NCBI RefSeq assembly: GCF_009914755.1 | Contig: NC_060943.1 | Strand: one strand, 5' to 3' | Length of the DNA stretch: 64,000 nucleotides | Origin: the human T2T-CHM13v2.0 reference genome, Homo sapiens | In this document: positions 42,969 through 64,000 of the stretch, piece after piece | Numbering within the stretch: position 1 is the first letter of the stretch | Layout: each line of letters starts with the position of its first letter | Position numbers and translations under genes: made by a program | Notes under the pieces: generated by a model | What the model was told of the DNA's origin: nothing | What the model saw: the letters and a program-made list of their open reading frames with translations, nothing else | The model's database searches: none

Positions 42969-43410
42969 CTAGTAGTGTTTGAACAGAAGCCAGGTGGAAG
43001 ATGTAACAGGATTAGCCGGGCGCAGTGGCTCACTCACGCCTGTAATCCCAGCACTTTGGGAGGCCAAGGCGGGTGGATCACCTGAGGTCAGGAGTTAAAG
43101 ACCAGCCTGGCCAATATGGTGAAACCCCATCTCTGCTAAAAATACAAAAATTAGCCGGGGGTTGGGGGGCACGCCTGTAGTCCCAGCTACTTGGGAGGTT
43201 GAGGCACAAGAATTGCTTGGACCCAGGAGACGCAGGTTGCAGTGAGCCAAGATTGCACTGCAGCCTGGGTGACAGAGTGAGACTCTGTCACAAAAAAATA
43301 AAGATATAACAGGATTGGCTGGGCGCGGTGGCTCACGCCTGTAATCCCAGCACTTTGGGAGGCTGAGGCAGGCGGATCATAAGGTCAGGAGATCGAGACC
43401 ATCCTGGCTA

Positions 43411-43686
<276 letters not shown>

Positions 43687-43733
43687 TCAATGGAAGAGGC
43701 AAGATACTAGAAATAAGTTGAATAAGAATCTCA

Positions 43734-44279
<546 letters not shown>

Positions 44280-44934
44280 GTCCGGAAGCCTGGTTCCCCT
44301 ACCCTCAAGCATTCGGCCTGCAGGTTCCTGCCCTCCCTGTGTGTCCTGCAGGGTCCTGGCAGGAAACAGGACACAGCCCAAGGGTGGCACCCAGGGCTGG
44401 GCACTGTGGGAGCTGCTGCCCTGCTGAGGCCGGAGGAGGGAGAGAAGGGGTATGGGGGCGAGCCAGCCCTACAGCTCTAGGGCAGGACCCTGTGAATAAA
44501 TACCCCGCCTGCCCTCTGCTGGTGCCTTCCATTGGCACAGCCCAAATGGAAGCTGGGGTAAGAGGCTGGAGGGGCAGCAGCCACAGGAGAGAGATGAGCC
44601 TCCTGGAGCACAGAGAAGGGCAGATGGGAGGCTCTGGAGGGGCAAACGCAAGGCGTGGCCAGAGCTGCTGCCGCCCCTGAGTTGTCCATTGAGGCCGTCG
44701 GGCAGGGAACCTCAGAGGGGGCTGCCTTGCAGAGCCCTGGGGGAGCCATGGAGTTCCTTAAGGGGAGGATATCGCACCCAGGCCTGCAGGTGGCAGGGAC
44801 TGAGGCCCAGGAGGGAATCTGGATGTCTGGACAGGGCTTGCAGGTTCCACGGCCCCTAGAGATATTAGGGCTTGATCTGGAGGACTCTGGAAGTGTCTTT
44901 GGCTGTGAGGGTGGATCCCAGGCCCAAGGCCTGA

Positions 44935-45390
<456 letters not shown>

Positions 45391-45988
45391 TAAGGCCAAC
45401 CCCCTGCCCTCCACCCCAACTGCCTGCACCCTGGGGTCTCTCCTCCTGTCTCACTTCCTCCCAGTGAGCTCTCACTACGTGCCCAGCTGCTGGAGTGGAG
45501 GAATCGTCCTCATCCCTATTTGGCTTGCGAGGAAACAGGCCCAGAGAGGCCAAGAGGCTTGTTCAGTGTCACAGAGTAGCGGAGCCCTGGTGACTCCGGG
45601 GCTCCCAGCTTGCCCTCTGCCTACTGGGGTGTGCCACCAGGCAGCTGGGGAACCCTCACACTGGGCACCTCCTCCCACTGTTTACCTTCTTCTCCTTCCT
45701 GCTCCTGCCTGCCTCAACCTACCGTGGGCCAGGCTTTATTCTCCCCACTTCTCCGGTGGGGAAGCTGAGGCCCAGGGAGGGCAGGGGGCTCACTGAGGGT
45801 CAAACAGCAGGCGAGTTGATGCCTAGGTTTGGCACTCCTGCCCGACACCCTGGTGGCTTGCGGAGGTCAGCCTGGGAACACCCTGGGGTGGTGTGTGGGT
45901 GGGGGCTGGGTCCTCAACCCAGGCCTGCCTCTTGCTCCCGGCCTCACTGCCGTCTCCCCCTCCCCACCTGTCTTTATTCTCTTTGCAG

Positions 45989-46058
45989 CAGAAGACCCCC
46001 TGCTGCGCCCAGCCGGCCCACCATTATCCGCCCAGCCGAGCCATCCCTGCTCGACTAG
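45989..46058 (+). CDS. DNM2: Dynamin 2 last coding exon, (S)RRPPAAPSRPTIIRPAEPSLLD*
   Basis: tgcag| acceptor (NAGNAG) and TAG stop at 46056-46058. Confidence 0.96.
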
Positions 46059-46147
46059 GCCTCGAGGGGGGCGTGCTCTCGGGGGGGCCTCACGCACCCG
46101 CGGCGCAGGAGCTTCAGTGGTCTGGGGCCCTCCGCCGCCCCTATGCT

Positions 46148-46326
46148 GGGACCAGGCTCCCAGTGGGCAGCCCTGGCCTCTTCCTTAACGCTGGCCCCGG
46201 TCCAGGGCCGGCCCCTGTGCCTGGCTGGACACCGCACTGCGCAAAGGGGCCCTGGAGCTCCAGGCAGGGGGCGCTGGGGTGTTGCACTTTGGGGGATGGA
46301 GTCTCAGGGTGGCAGAGGGGGGACCA
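46148..46326 (+). promoter_or_regulatory. Two miR-133 seed matches (GGGACCA at 46148-46154 and 46320-46326) in the DNM2 3'UTR
   Basis: Complementary to the miR-133 seed UGGUCCC; miR-133a repression of Dnm2 in muscle is established. Confidence 0.6.
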
Positions 46327-46880
46327 GAACCCTTGACACCATCCTGAATGAGGGGTCCAGCCTGGGGGGGACTCTACCAAGGTCTTCTTGGGCTGGGAAA
46401 GCCCATGTAGGGCAGGCCTTCTATAAGTGCGGGCACCAAGGGCGCCTACATCCCCAGGCCTTGCTGGGGTGCAGGGGTATATCAACTTCCCATTAGCAGG
46501 AGCTCCCCAGCGGCAAGCCTGGCCCAGTGGGCTCGGTAGTGCCCAGCTGGCAGGCCTGAGGTGTACATAGTCCTTCCCGGCCATATTAACCACACAGCCT
46601 GAGCCTGGCCCAGCCTCGGCTGCCAGAGGTGCCTTTGCTAGGCCCGGAGCCGTTGGCCCGGGCCGGCCTTGCCCTATTCCTCTCCTCCTCCTCCTCCTGG
46701 GTCCCCCAGGGTGGCTGGGCTTGGGCTATGTGGGTGGTGGTGGCGGGGGGTCTTGGGGGCCTCTCAGCTCCCGCCCATGCCTCCCTGATGGGTGGGCCCA
46801 GGGCGGCCTCTCTCTGAGGAGACCTCACCCACTCCTCGCTCAGTTTGACCACTGTAAGTGCCTGCACTCTGTATTCTATT

Positions 46881-46896
46881 AATAAACTAAAATAAA
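46881..46896 (+). terminator. DNM2: DNM2 polyadenylation signals (AATAAA at 46881 and 46891)
   Basis: Two AATAAA hexamers, upstream TGTA and downstream GT-rich sequence. Confidence 0.85.
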
Positions 46897-47465
46897 GGGA
46901 AGACGCTGCTGGTGGCTGCTGTGTGGGCCTCTTGTGTTAGTGTTCAGGCTGGGGACATGGGTGCCACCTCCATCAGGCCTCCCATAAGGATGCCCAAGTC
47001 CCTGCACTCATAAGTGCCTCCCATCTCCCTGAGGGCTCTGCTTTCGGGGGTGTCACCTTTCAGAGGAAGCCACTCGATACAGGGGAGAGCTTTTACTTTC
47101 CTTAGCATGTGAGGAGTGGGAGCAGATATTCTCTGACCCCCTGCACACCCCCACGTGCACAGGCCTGGCTGCTGCCTGGTGAAGCGGGGACCCCAGCGCT
47201 CCACCCCCTTCCTACCCTCAGGCCCTGCTTCTCTCACCTCGTGGGGAAGCCCAAGCCTCGTGGCCCAACTGGGGCTCAGTTAAACTTTGCTTTCTGATTT
47301 TTCTCTTGTGCCAGGCGACCACCTCCATCGGCTCCCGCACGACCTTTCTTCTGAGCTTCGTGGGAGGCCCCTCCCACCTGTCTGGCTGCCCCCTCGGGGG
47401 CCGGTCTGTCCTGGCTGGTGTCCCTGAGCCCCAATCAGCAGGCTCTTGTGATTTTCTGACCATAA

Positions 47466-47471
47466 TTTATT
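47466..47471 (-). terminator. TMED1: TMED1 polyadenylation signal
   Basis: TTTATT on + (AATAAA on -), about 535 nt after the stop codon. Confidence 0.7.
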
Positions 47472-48005
47472 GACTCCAATGCCCAGGCCACACCACCCTT
47501 TGTTATAGGAGGCTTCTGCCTAGACTTTGGCCGGGCCATCCCTCATGCCTGTGTGGGGCCCCTGCAGGAGAGGGGCCGGGGCAGGTGGTCTTCCAGGCCC
47601 CCTTCCTGGCATTCTGTTACCAGACCTCAACCTGGCTTGGAGGGCCCAGGTTTCCTTGTTAGGCCCTGCCCCGCACCAGGCAACGCTAACACAGGATGGG
47701 AGGCTTAGGCTAAGGCACATTTACAGTAGAGGGGCCAGGAAATCCGAGGCTCACGTTCCAACGCTGCAGTGCCCACCATGTGAGATTTCCAGGACCGTCG
47801 GTGCAGCCACTGAGCCGTCCCTTCTACAAGCCAGAGGTGTTCCCTGCCCGCTGAGGACGGAAGGAGACTCATGGGGCCAGACCGCAGGCCCTGACTGCAC
47901 ACTCCCGTTTTGGCAGGAAACTAAAATTGGGGAGGGACCCCCAAGTCTCATATGCACACACCCTGCTGCCCCTCCTTTGTCCCGTTCTTCCTTCCATGGC
48001 AGGGG

Positions 48006-48224
48006 CTACGTGGGCACCGGGCGCTTGTCCTGGAAGAAGCGCTTGAGCGTGCAGACCTGCAGCACAGCCACCAGCAGCAGCACCGCCACGTTGACAGCTG
48101 ACCAGAAGTTGACCCGCTCCAAGTTGCCCTCTTGCAGGTTGCGGTCACGTGCCTCGAAGGCCCGCAGTAGCGTGAGCATCTGGATGCTGCGCTCCAGCCG
48201 GGTCCGCATGGTCTCAATGGACTC
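48006..48224 (-). CDS. TMED1: TMED1 exon 4 (coiled coil, TM helix, FF-containing tail [12 protein letters not shown])
   Basis: tgtag| acceptor and TAG stop; the four exons total 227 codons plus stop. Confidence 0.96.
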   Translation of the reverse strand, partial: ESIETMRTRLERSIQMLTLLRAFEARDRNLQEGNLERVNFWSAVNVAVLLLVAVLQVCTLKRFFQDKRPVPT

Positions 48225-48477
48225 CTACAGGGCAGCGGGAGGGGAAGGGTCAGGCCTCCCTCCACCCATCAGGGAGCAGAGACCAAAAAAACCGGGGGAT
48301 ACGGAGGGAGGCTGTATTAACCCTGGGAGGTACAGCTGCAAACACAGACTTGTTCAGGCTAAGTTCAAATCCTCACCCTGCCACTCACTGGCTGTGACCA
48401 TGAGCAACTTAATTAACCTATCTGAGCCTGTTTCCTCTTCTATAAGCTTCCAAATTGCTGTGAACATTTAATGCCTA

Positions 48478-49792
<1,315 letters not shown>

Positions 49793-49945
49793 TGAAATGA
49801 ACTACTTATTTTAAGAGCTGCTACTCTTACTATAATTCAGTTGGAGGGCACAACTACGGAGGGGAGGCTGGGTCAGCCCAAGGGGGGCACCCCAGGTGAA
49901 TCCTAGAGATCTGGAAGGAGTGGCCCCAGCGCAGCCTGGACACAC

Positions 49946-50129
49946 CTTGATGTCCTCCATTTTAACATCCAGCATCTCCTCGGGCTCCACAGCCTCTGCC
50001 CATCCTTCGACCTCCTCGTCATCCTGGAGGCTGTCAAAGATCAGTTCAAAGAACACCAGCTTCTCGGAGATGGTGCTGAAGGAGTTGTCAAAGCACAGCT
50101 TGTAGTCCCCGGCCTCCGTTGGCTCCACC
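49946..50129 (-). CDS. TMED1: TMED1 exon 3, [27 protein letters not shown]...MEDIK
   Basis: cccag| acceptor and AAG|gtgtgt donor; 184 nt; p24 GOLD motif Y-x-LCFDNSFS. Confidence 0.96.
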
Positions 50130-50267
50130 CTGGGCAGACAGACACACAGACATGACCCAGGGTGGCCAGCCAGCCGACTCAGCGGGGCAGTCAGGGCGGT
50201 AACCTGAGGCCGCCTGGGAAGGGCAGGGCTGTAACTGAACCCAGGCAGGCATCAAGACTGAACTCAC

Positions 50268-50365
50268 GTGTGTACCCCATCAGCCTTGCGGGACTCGCTG
50301 ACCAACAGCACGCCCTGAGGGCTCTCCAGCGTGAAGTCCACGTCCAGTCCAGCACCTCCGATCAC
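50268..50365 (-). CDS. TMED1: TMED1 exon 2, [33 protein letters not shown]
   Basis: cccag| acceptor and AC|gtgagt donor; 98 nt. Confidence 0.95.
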
Positions 50366-51020
50366 CTGGGGGGCAGGTAAGAGCGGGTGGAGGGCTAGCG
50401 GTAGGCCAAGGGCGCCTGCCGAAGAGGGCTACGGCTGAACCAACACTGATCAATACAGACCACCAAGGGCTTACCTGAACGGCGGCACACCCACACCCGC
50501 CCCAACCTGTCCCAGTGGCTGCGCCCCTTGCCTCCACCCTCATTGATATGACAGCTTGGGGTCCATACTTTCAGCTGACCACGCACCTACCAAAAGTACT
50601 TAATGGACGTTTACCTGACCACGCCCCTGGTTGGCTCCGCCTCCGAAAGAGGATAGGCCCAGCCTTTTTCCTTAGTCTAACCCCCGAGAAAGGCCTGTGT
50701 GGGCAACGCCCCCGCAGTTGACCTATCAGCACTATCGCCACGCCCACCAGCCAGAGTCCTGTCCTCTCAGAGGCTCCCTATACTTATCGATGGCCCCGCC
50801 CCCTCTGGATCTCTTACTCTAGCCCCGCCTGCTTCATTACTCCCTCCCCTTCCGCTCCCACACACCGTCCCCGCCCCATCTGTCCATCTCTTTCTAGCTC
50901 CGCCCCCGCGCTCCCAAGCACGGATTCCTCCCCCTTCCTCCTAAAGCGCGCCTCGCCTCGACCGCTTGGCCACGCCCCCTCTCCCTGACTCTGCTGGCCG
51001 CCCAGCCCGCGACCCTCTAC

Positions 51021-51203
51021 CTGGTATTCGGTCTCGAGGCTTGCGTTGGCCGGCGCGGACTGGTAGAAACACTGCTTCCTCCCCGCCGGCAACAGGAACG
51101 TGAACTCACCGTCCTGGATTGGCGGGGGCCCCGCCCCTCCCACCTCCACTGGTGGCATTAGTAGCCACAAGGCCAGGGCTAGGGCCGCGCCGGCCGCCAT
51201 CAT
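51021..51203 (-). CDS. TMED1: TMED1 exon 1 (signal peptide and start of GOLD domain), [15 protein letters not shown]...ETEYQ
   Basis: ATG at 51203 and CAG|gtagag donor; 183 nt. Confidence 0.95.
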
Positions 51204-51341
51204 CCGGGTCACCCTCTGGTCTGCAAAGGGGTCGCGGCTCCTTTAAGCGCTAGCCCTGCCCCGGTGCTACTCGGCGGAGCTCATTGGCAGTGGCTTCTGT
51301 ATGTTGTCCGTAACCAGAGGTGCCAGGAGTGAAGGACCCCC

Positions 51342-51355
51342 CCACTAGAGGGCAG
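51342..51355 (+). promoter_or_regulatory. CTCF core motif CCACTAGAGGGCAG
   Basis: Exact fit to the CCASYAGRKGGCRS consensus. Confidence 0.7.
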
Positions 51356-53089
51356 GCGGCCCGAATGAATGCCTGATGTGCCCAGAAACACTCAACCGTC
51401 TGGGAATATTTTTCTCAAAGGCTTCGGCTCTCTTCTCGGCCGCTGGTGGAGGAAAATTACAAAAATAAGTGCCATGATGGCGCATCTTTTGTAGGCAGTA
51501 GCTAAGACAACTAAAGTTACAGGCGGCAGGGTCCTTTTTAGTCACCTCCACGTGGTTTTCCCAGAGTGCGCCGCGCGTGACAACCTTTGGCGGGACCGAC
51601 GTGGTGGAGTGGACCCAAAAATAGCGTCTAGGCGTGGCCCTGTACGCGACCCGTAGGGCTCGCCTATAAAAGGGCTGGGGCGGGGCGGAGATACCTGTGG
51701 CGTCGTGTTTTGCTTGCTCTGTGAGCGTGGTCCAGGTTCGACGCCTTTTGCGCCTTAGAGGCATCAGCGTATCAGTTTCCTCGTAAGTCGGGAGTGATGG
51801 AACGACCACCCTGTAGTGCGGCTGTGAGAATTGAGATGAGGCTTGGTTCATATTGAGTGCTCAGCTTTCCTGGCTTATAGACAGTGGAGGGGCGTGGCCC
51901 CACCATGCACCCCAAGGGTCTCAGACTCAAGGGCCAGCAGGTAAATAGAGCCATTACAGTAGCCTCGGGTCAGAAAAACGACAGCCCAGGTAGGAAGAGA
52001 TAAGGACAGTGTGGGACTGGGAGCCACGTTGCCTGGTTCAGCTCCTGCCCCACCCATTACTTGAGGCATTCCCTCTGTTGAGCCTCAGTTTCCTCTTCTG
52101 CAAAATGGGGATAATAGGCCTACGCTACTGGGCTGTCTTTAGGATACGTGAAATGCTTGTTGAGTGCTTGCTTCCGCAGTGCGTGGGACATCACAGGCCC
52201 TCAGTAAATAATAATCTGTTATTTGGTTCCCGTCTAAACATAAACTGTGTACAGGGAGATGTTTAGTCTTCAAAGATAAACCCGGAAAAGGTTGGCAGGT
52301 GATGACAAAGATCCCTCAAATACAGCTGGCTGTTGTCAGCACTTTCCTGCATTTGGAGAATTTGGGGAAGTAGCTCTTTGTAATATCAGTTTGGTATTCC
52401 TTTTCACTCCAACTTTTTCTATCATTTACACTCACTGCTTGGACAATTTGAAGTAACAGTGGAGAACGGGTGACTCCTTTTCTTTTTTTTCTTTTTTTTT
52501 TTAATTTTTTTTTCCTTTTTTTTTTTTTTTTTTTTTGAGACAGAGTCTCCCTCTGTTGCCCAGGCTAGAGTGCAGTGGCGCGATCTCGACTCACTGCAAC
52601 CTCCGTCTCCTGGGGTTCCAGCGATCCTCCTGCCTCAGCCTTCCGAGTAGCTGAGACTACAGGCACGTGCCACCACACCTGGCTAATTTTTTGTATTTTT
52701 AGTAGAGAGGGGGTTTCACCATGTTAGCCAGGATGGTCTCGATATCCTGACCTTCTGTTCCATCCACCTCGGCCTCCCAAAGTGCTGGGATTGTAGGCGT
52801 GAGCCACTGCACCCGGCCGGATTTTTTTTAGGACAGGGTCTTGCTCTGTTGCCCAGGCTGGGGTGCAGTGACGCCATCATGGCTCACTGCAATCTCTACC
52901 TCCTGGGCTCAAGTGATTCTCCCACCTCAGCCTCCTGAGTAGCTGGGACTACAGGTGTACACCTCCATGCCTAACTAATTTTTTGTAGACATGAGGTTTC
53001 CCTGTGTTGCCCAGGCTGGTTTCAAACTCCTGGGCTCAAGCCATCTGCCTGCTCCCTCACCCTCCCAAAGTGTTGGGATTACTAAAATT

Positions 53090-56160
<3,071 letters not shown>

Positions 56161-56853
56161 ATAGAGAGGAAAAGATAGAAAAGTGAAACAAAAAAACTTC
56201 TCTAGCTGGACCCTCATGCTTGTAATCCCAGCACTTTGGAAGGCTGAAGCCAGAGGATCTCTTGAGCCAAGGAGTTTGAGACCAGCCTTGGCAACGTAGA
56301 GAGACTCTCCCGCTCCTACCACCATCTTTACAAAATAATAAAATATTAGCCAGTTGTGGTGGCATGCACCTATAGTCCTAGCTACTCAGGAGGCAGAGGT
56401 GGGAGGCTCGCTTGAGCCCAGGAGTTCAAGGCTGCAGTGAGCCATGATTGGCCCACTACACTCCAGCCTGGGTGACAGTGAGACCCTGTCTCATAAACAC
56501 ACACAAAAAAATACCCTCTCGCGGCCGGGCACAGTGGCTCACGCCTGTAATCCCAGCACTTTGGGAGGCCGAGGTGGGTAGATCACAAGGTCAGGAGATC
56601 GAGACCATGTCCCTTGAGTAAACAAAACCAAAAACTCTCCTCCCTAATTATTCACCAAATATTTACTGAGCCTCTGACAGTGAATAAAACAGACACTGTC
56701 AAAGCCAGGTGGAGTGGCTCACGCCTGTAATCCCAGCATTTTGGGCGGCCAAGTTGGGAGGATCTCTTGAGCCCAGGAGTTCCCGACTAGCCTGGGCAGC
56801 ATAGTGAGATCCCATCTCCACAAAAACATTTTTTAAAAAATTAGCTGGGCATG

Positions 56854-58412
<1,559 letters not shown>

Positions 58413-58844
58413 ATATCAATCAGAAGGCTTCCCTGACCCTGCTGTAGCTGGGTTGAGCCCCCTCGGCCACTGCCTCTGTTACTGCACTTCACCACTGGAC
58501 TCTCCTTGTCTTCTTGTCTGACTCTTGAACGCTGAGCTCCTTGAGGACAGGAGCCATTTTCATTCATCCTAATGTCTCTGGCACAATTCTGGGAACATGA
58601 TGATGCTCAGTACTCAGTTGGTGGAAAAAATAAGCCAGGAATCTCTCTTAACTCCATCTCCTGTACACCCAGTATACAGCCACAGAAGTGGCTTGAATGG
58701 ATGTTTTTTTTCGCTGTCAGGTCAGATGATTGAGAAATATTTATGATGTGCCAAGCATGGTGGGAGACACGGGACACTGCAGGTAACAACACAGACCCCA
58801 TCCTTGTGCTCCGAGAGGAGGAGGAAAGCTGTGTTAAGATATCA

Positions 58845-59015
<171 letters not shown>

Positions 59016-59445
59016 TCAGGAGGCTGAGGCAGGAGAATCACTTAAACCCGGAAGATGGAGGTTGCAGTGCAGCCGAGATTGCGCCACTGCACTCCAGCCG
59101 GGGCGACAAAGTGAGACCATGTCTAAAAAAAAAAAAGGCTGGACACGGTGGCTCACGCCTGTAATCCCAGCACTTTGGGAGGCTGAGGTGGGTAGATTAC
59201 GAGGTCAGGAGTTCAAGACCAGCCTGACCAACATGGTGAAACCCTGTCTCTACTAAAAATACAAAAATTAGCCAGGCATGGTGGCACACGTGTAATCCCC
59301 GCTACTCAGGAAGCTGAGGCAGGAGAATCGCTTGAACCCAGGAGGTGGAGTTTGCAGTGAGATGAGATCGCACCACTTCACTCCAGCCTGGGTAACAGAG
59401 TGAGACTCCGTCTCAAAAAAAAAAAAAAAAAAATTTAAAAAGCTA

Positions 59446-59559
<114 letters not shown>

Positions 59560-59640
59560 TTAAAAAAAAAAAAGAAAGGCCGGGTGCAGTGGCTCACGCC
59601 TGTAATCCCAGCACTTTGGGAGGCTGAGGCGGGCAGATCA

Positions 59641-61810
<2,170 letters not shown>

Positions 61811-62405
61811 TGCAATAAAGGAATATTACAGGGCACTGTGGGAGAATTTAGCTAGGGGATTGTTCTAAGTCCAGAGGGGCCTGGAAAGTTTTCCCAGAAG
61901 TGCTATTTAAACTGAGACCTGAAGGAGAAGCAGGATTTGACCAGGTTGACAGAATTGTGTTCCAGGCCAGGGAAATAGTGTGTGCAAAGGCCCTGAGGTT
62001 GGATTGAACTTTCTGTGTCCAAAGAAAAAAGTTTACTCTAATGACGCATTTTGGTGTTTGATGACCACATGCCACATCCTTCTTGGGTCCAAACCCCCAA
62101 GCAAACCTGACTGGCTTGAACAGAAATGTTTAAAAAGATAAATGCAAACCCAGTAGTAAGAGAAACTTGGAAGTTTCTGGGCTGTAAACAGGAGGCAGTT
62201 TATCCTGTGAACTATATCACAAACTATATCCAGAATTGATCTGGAACTGGTATTCCCTTTCATGTGGCTGATCAAACTTCTGAGTCTTTTTCCTCCCTGT
62301 AACTTTACCTTGTGAGCATGCACTACCCACTAGGCGTTGCATTTCCTACTACAAGTTCTTTGAATCTAATGTCCACTGCTCTTTTTTTTTTTTTTTTTTT
62401 TTTGA

Positions 62406-62564
<159 letters not shown>

Positions 62565-63097
62565 TAGTAGAGACGGGGTTTCACCACGTTGGCCTGGTCT
62601 CGAACTCCTGACCTCAGGTGATCTGCCCACCTCAGCCTCCCAAAGTGCTGGGATTACAGGCGTGAGCCACCACGTCTGGCCTAATGTCTACTACTCTTAG
62701 CCCCATTCTGCAGAGCAGTATACTGAAGCCTCAAAGGAGGTAAGCCATGCCTGAGGTCACAGAGGCCAAGCCCTAACCACCATGTCCTCCCACTCCTGCC
62801 CATATTTGTTTAAATGTTGGTGCTGGTTAGGCTATGGTTTGTGTCTTGGGCATGGGTTTCCAAACATCCCACTGCTGTCACCCTGTCTCATTCCCAGGAG
62901 TTCTCTTAGAAGGAGAGACAAAAGGCTGGGCACGGTGGCTCACGCCTGAAATCCCAGCACTTTGGGAGGCTGGGGCGGGCAGATAATGAGGTCAAGAGAT
63001 CGAGACCATCCTGGCCAACACAGCAAAACCCCGTCTCTACTAAAAATACAAAAATTAGCTGTGCATGATGGCTCCTGCCTGTAGTCCCAGCTACTCA

Positions 63098-63274
<177 letters not shown>

Positions 63275-63279
63275 CTAAT

Positions 63280-63400
63280 CTGCAGAACCGCAACCAGAGA
63301 GGTGCGCGGGTCTGATGTGTGTTTGGGGAAGGGGTGGGGAGGGGAGAGAGTCCCTTTCAGTGCCCAAGCCTGTGTGTGCAACTTCCTGCCAGTGAGGAAA
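63280..63400 (+). promoter_or_regulatory. Putative myeloid-type promoter of C19orf38
   Basis: RUNX AACCGCA at 63286, C/EBP-like TGTGCAA at 63375 abutting ETS ACTTCCTG at 63381, GAGGAAA at 63394. Confidence 0.45.
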
Positions 63401-63521
63401 CTCTCAGCTCGAGAATCAGCCCTGGTTCTCCTTTCCCCGATCTGGCCTCACAGGAGGAGTTGGCGGGGAGCCTTGGGCCCCTCTGGCCTCAGCCGGATTT
63501 CCCAGCCAAACGCAGAGAGAG

Positions 63522-63552
63522 ATGCCCTGGACCATCTTGCTCTTTGCAGCTG
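63522..63552 (+). CDS. C19orf38: C19orf38 (HIDE1) first coding exon, signal peptide MPWTILLFAA(G)
   Basis: gagATG CCC TGG ACC ATC TTG CTC TTT GCA GCT G|gtgagt; phase-1 leader exon typical of Ig-superfamily genes; expected neighbour of TMED1. Confidence 0.85.
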
Positions 63553-64000
63553 GTGAGTCTGAAGCCCCCCTCTCAGATCCCCCACGCCTTTCCCCCCATC
63601 CTCTGTCCACCTTGCCGCTCCAGGGGCAGAAACCAGTGCAGGGGCTGCCGTTCTCAGGGCATCGAGGAGGCTGAGCCCTTGGCAGATGGGTTTTCCCCCT
63701 GAGCCTTGGAAACTCTCCAGTAGTGTTGGTTTTTTCTTCTTAGGCTCCTCATCACCCCCAAGTTTATGAATATCAGAAATATCACCCCTCTGGAGTCAGC
63801 TGTGCCCACACCCCATGATTCAGCCCCGCTTCGTCTCTGAAGGCTCCTTGAGTGCTGGGGCAGCAGGAGGGTCTACCTAGGGGGATATCAGTGTGGCAGG
63901 GGTGGGTGGGGGTTGGAGGCTGGACGAGGGAGGGTTTGTATAGACCTCACCTGGCCAGACACTCTGCTCAGAAGCCTGTGGGCAATCAGGAGAGAGATGG

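Larger units (their letters stand above)
46059..46910 (+). other. DNM2: DNM2 3'UTR
   Basis: Runs from the stop codon to the tandem AATAAA; the cleavage position is approximate. Confidence 0.8.
50600..51830. promoter_or_regulatory. CpG island / bidirectional promoter region of TMED1
   Basis: High CpG density, GC boxes, CCAAT on - near 51284, TATAAAA on + at 51665-51671. Confidence 0.85.

Noticed and set aside
47527-48471. 314-aa + strand ORF
   Set aside because: It has a non-ATG start, is an antisense shadow of TMED1 exon 4 and its GC-rich UTR, and has no recognisable domain.
51345-51851. 168-aa - strand ORF upstream of TMED1
   Set aside because: It is a CpG-island ORF with no homology I can recognise and it ends before the TMED1 start.

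Overview
Human (primate) genomic DNA, recognisable as chr19p13.2, and very Alu-rich. On the + strand it holds the 3' two-thirds of DNM2 (dynamin 2). This covers exons 7-20 in literature numbering, including the mutually exclusive exons 10a/10b, the 30-nt muscle exon 12b and the 12-nt GEIL microexon 13b, plus the 3'UTR. MIR199A1 lies antisense in intron 14 and the tailed mirtron MIR6793 sits at the exon 18 acceptor. The complete TMED1 gene (227 aa, - strand) converges on DNM2 and has a CpG-island promoter. Beyond it are two ERV1 solo LTRs, a processed HIKESHI retrocopy nested in an Alu, and the first coding exon of C19orf38 (HIDE1). All exon boundaries were read from the sequence and give in-frame products. 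Gene identities and residue numbers come from my recall of the proteins, not from a search. The best candidate for something undescribed is a bidirectional competing RNA base-pairing system around DNM2 exons 10a/10b: one docking element just after 10a is complementary to two copies of CCACGAGG, one after the GC donor of exon 9 and one before exon 11. Other notable points are a NAGNAG acceptor that deletes DNM2 Ser848, and the HIKESHI retrocopy, which gains an in-frame Kozak ATG from its Alu target site and records a 60-nt-shorter splice form. Most entries in the ORF track are Alu-derived or GC-rich noise.
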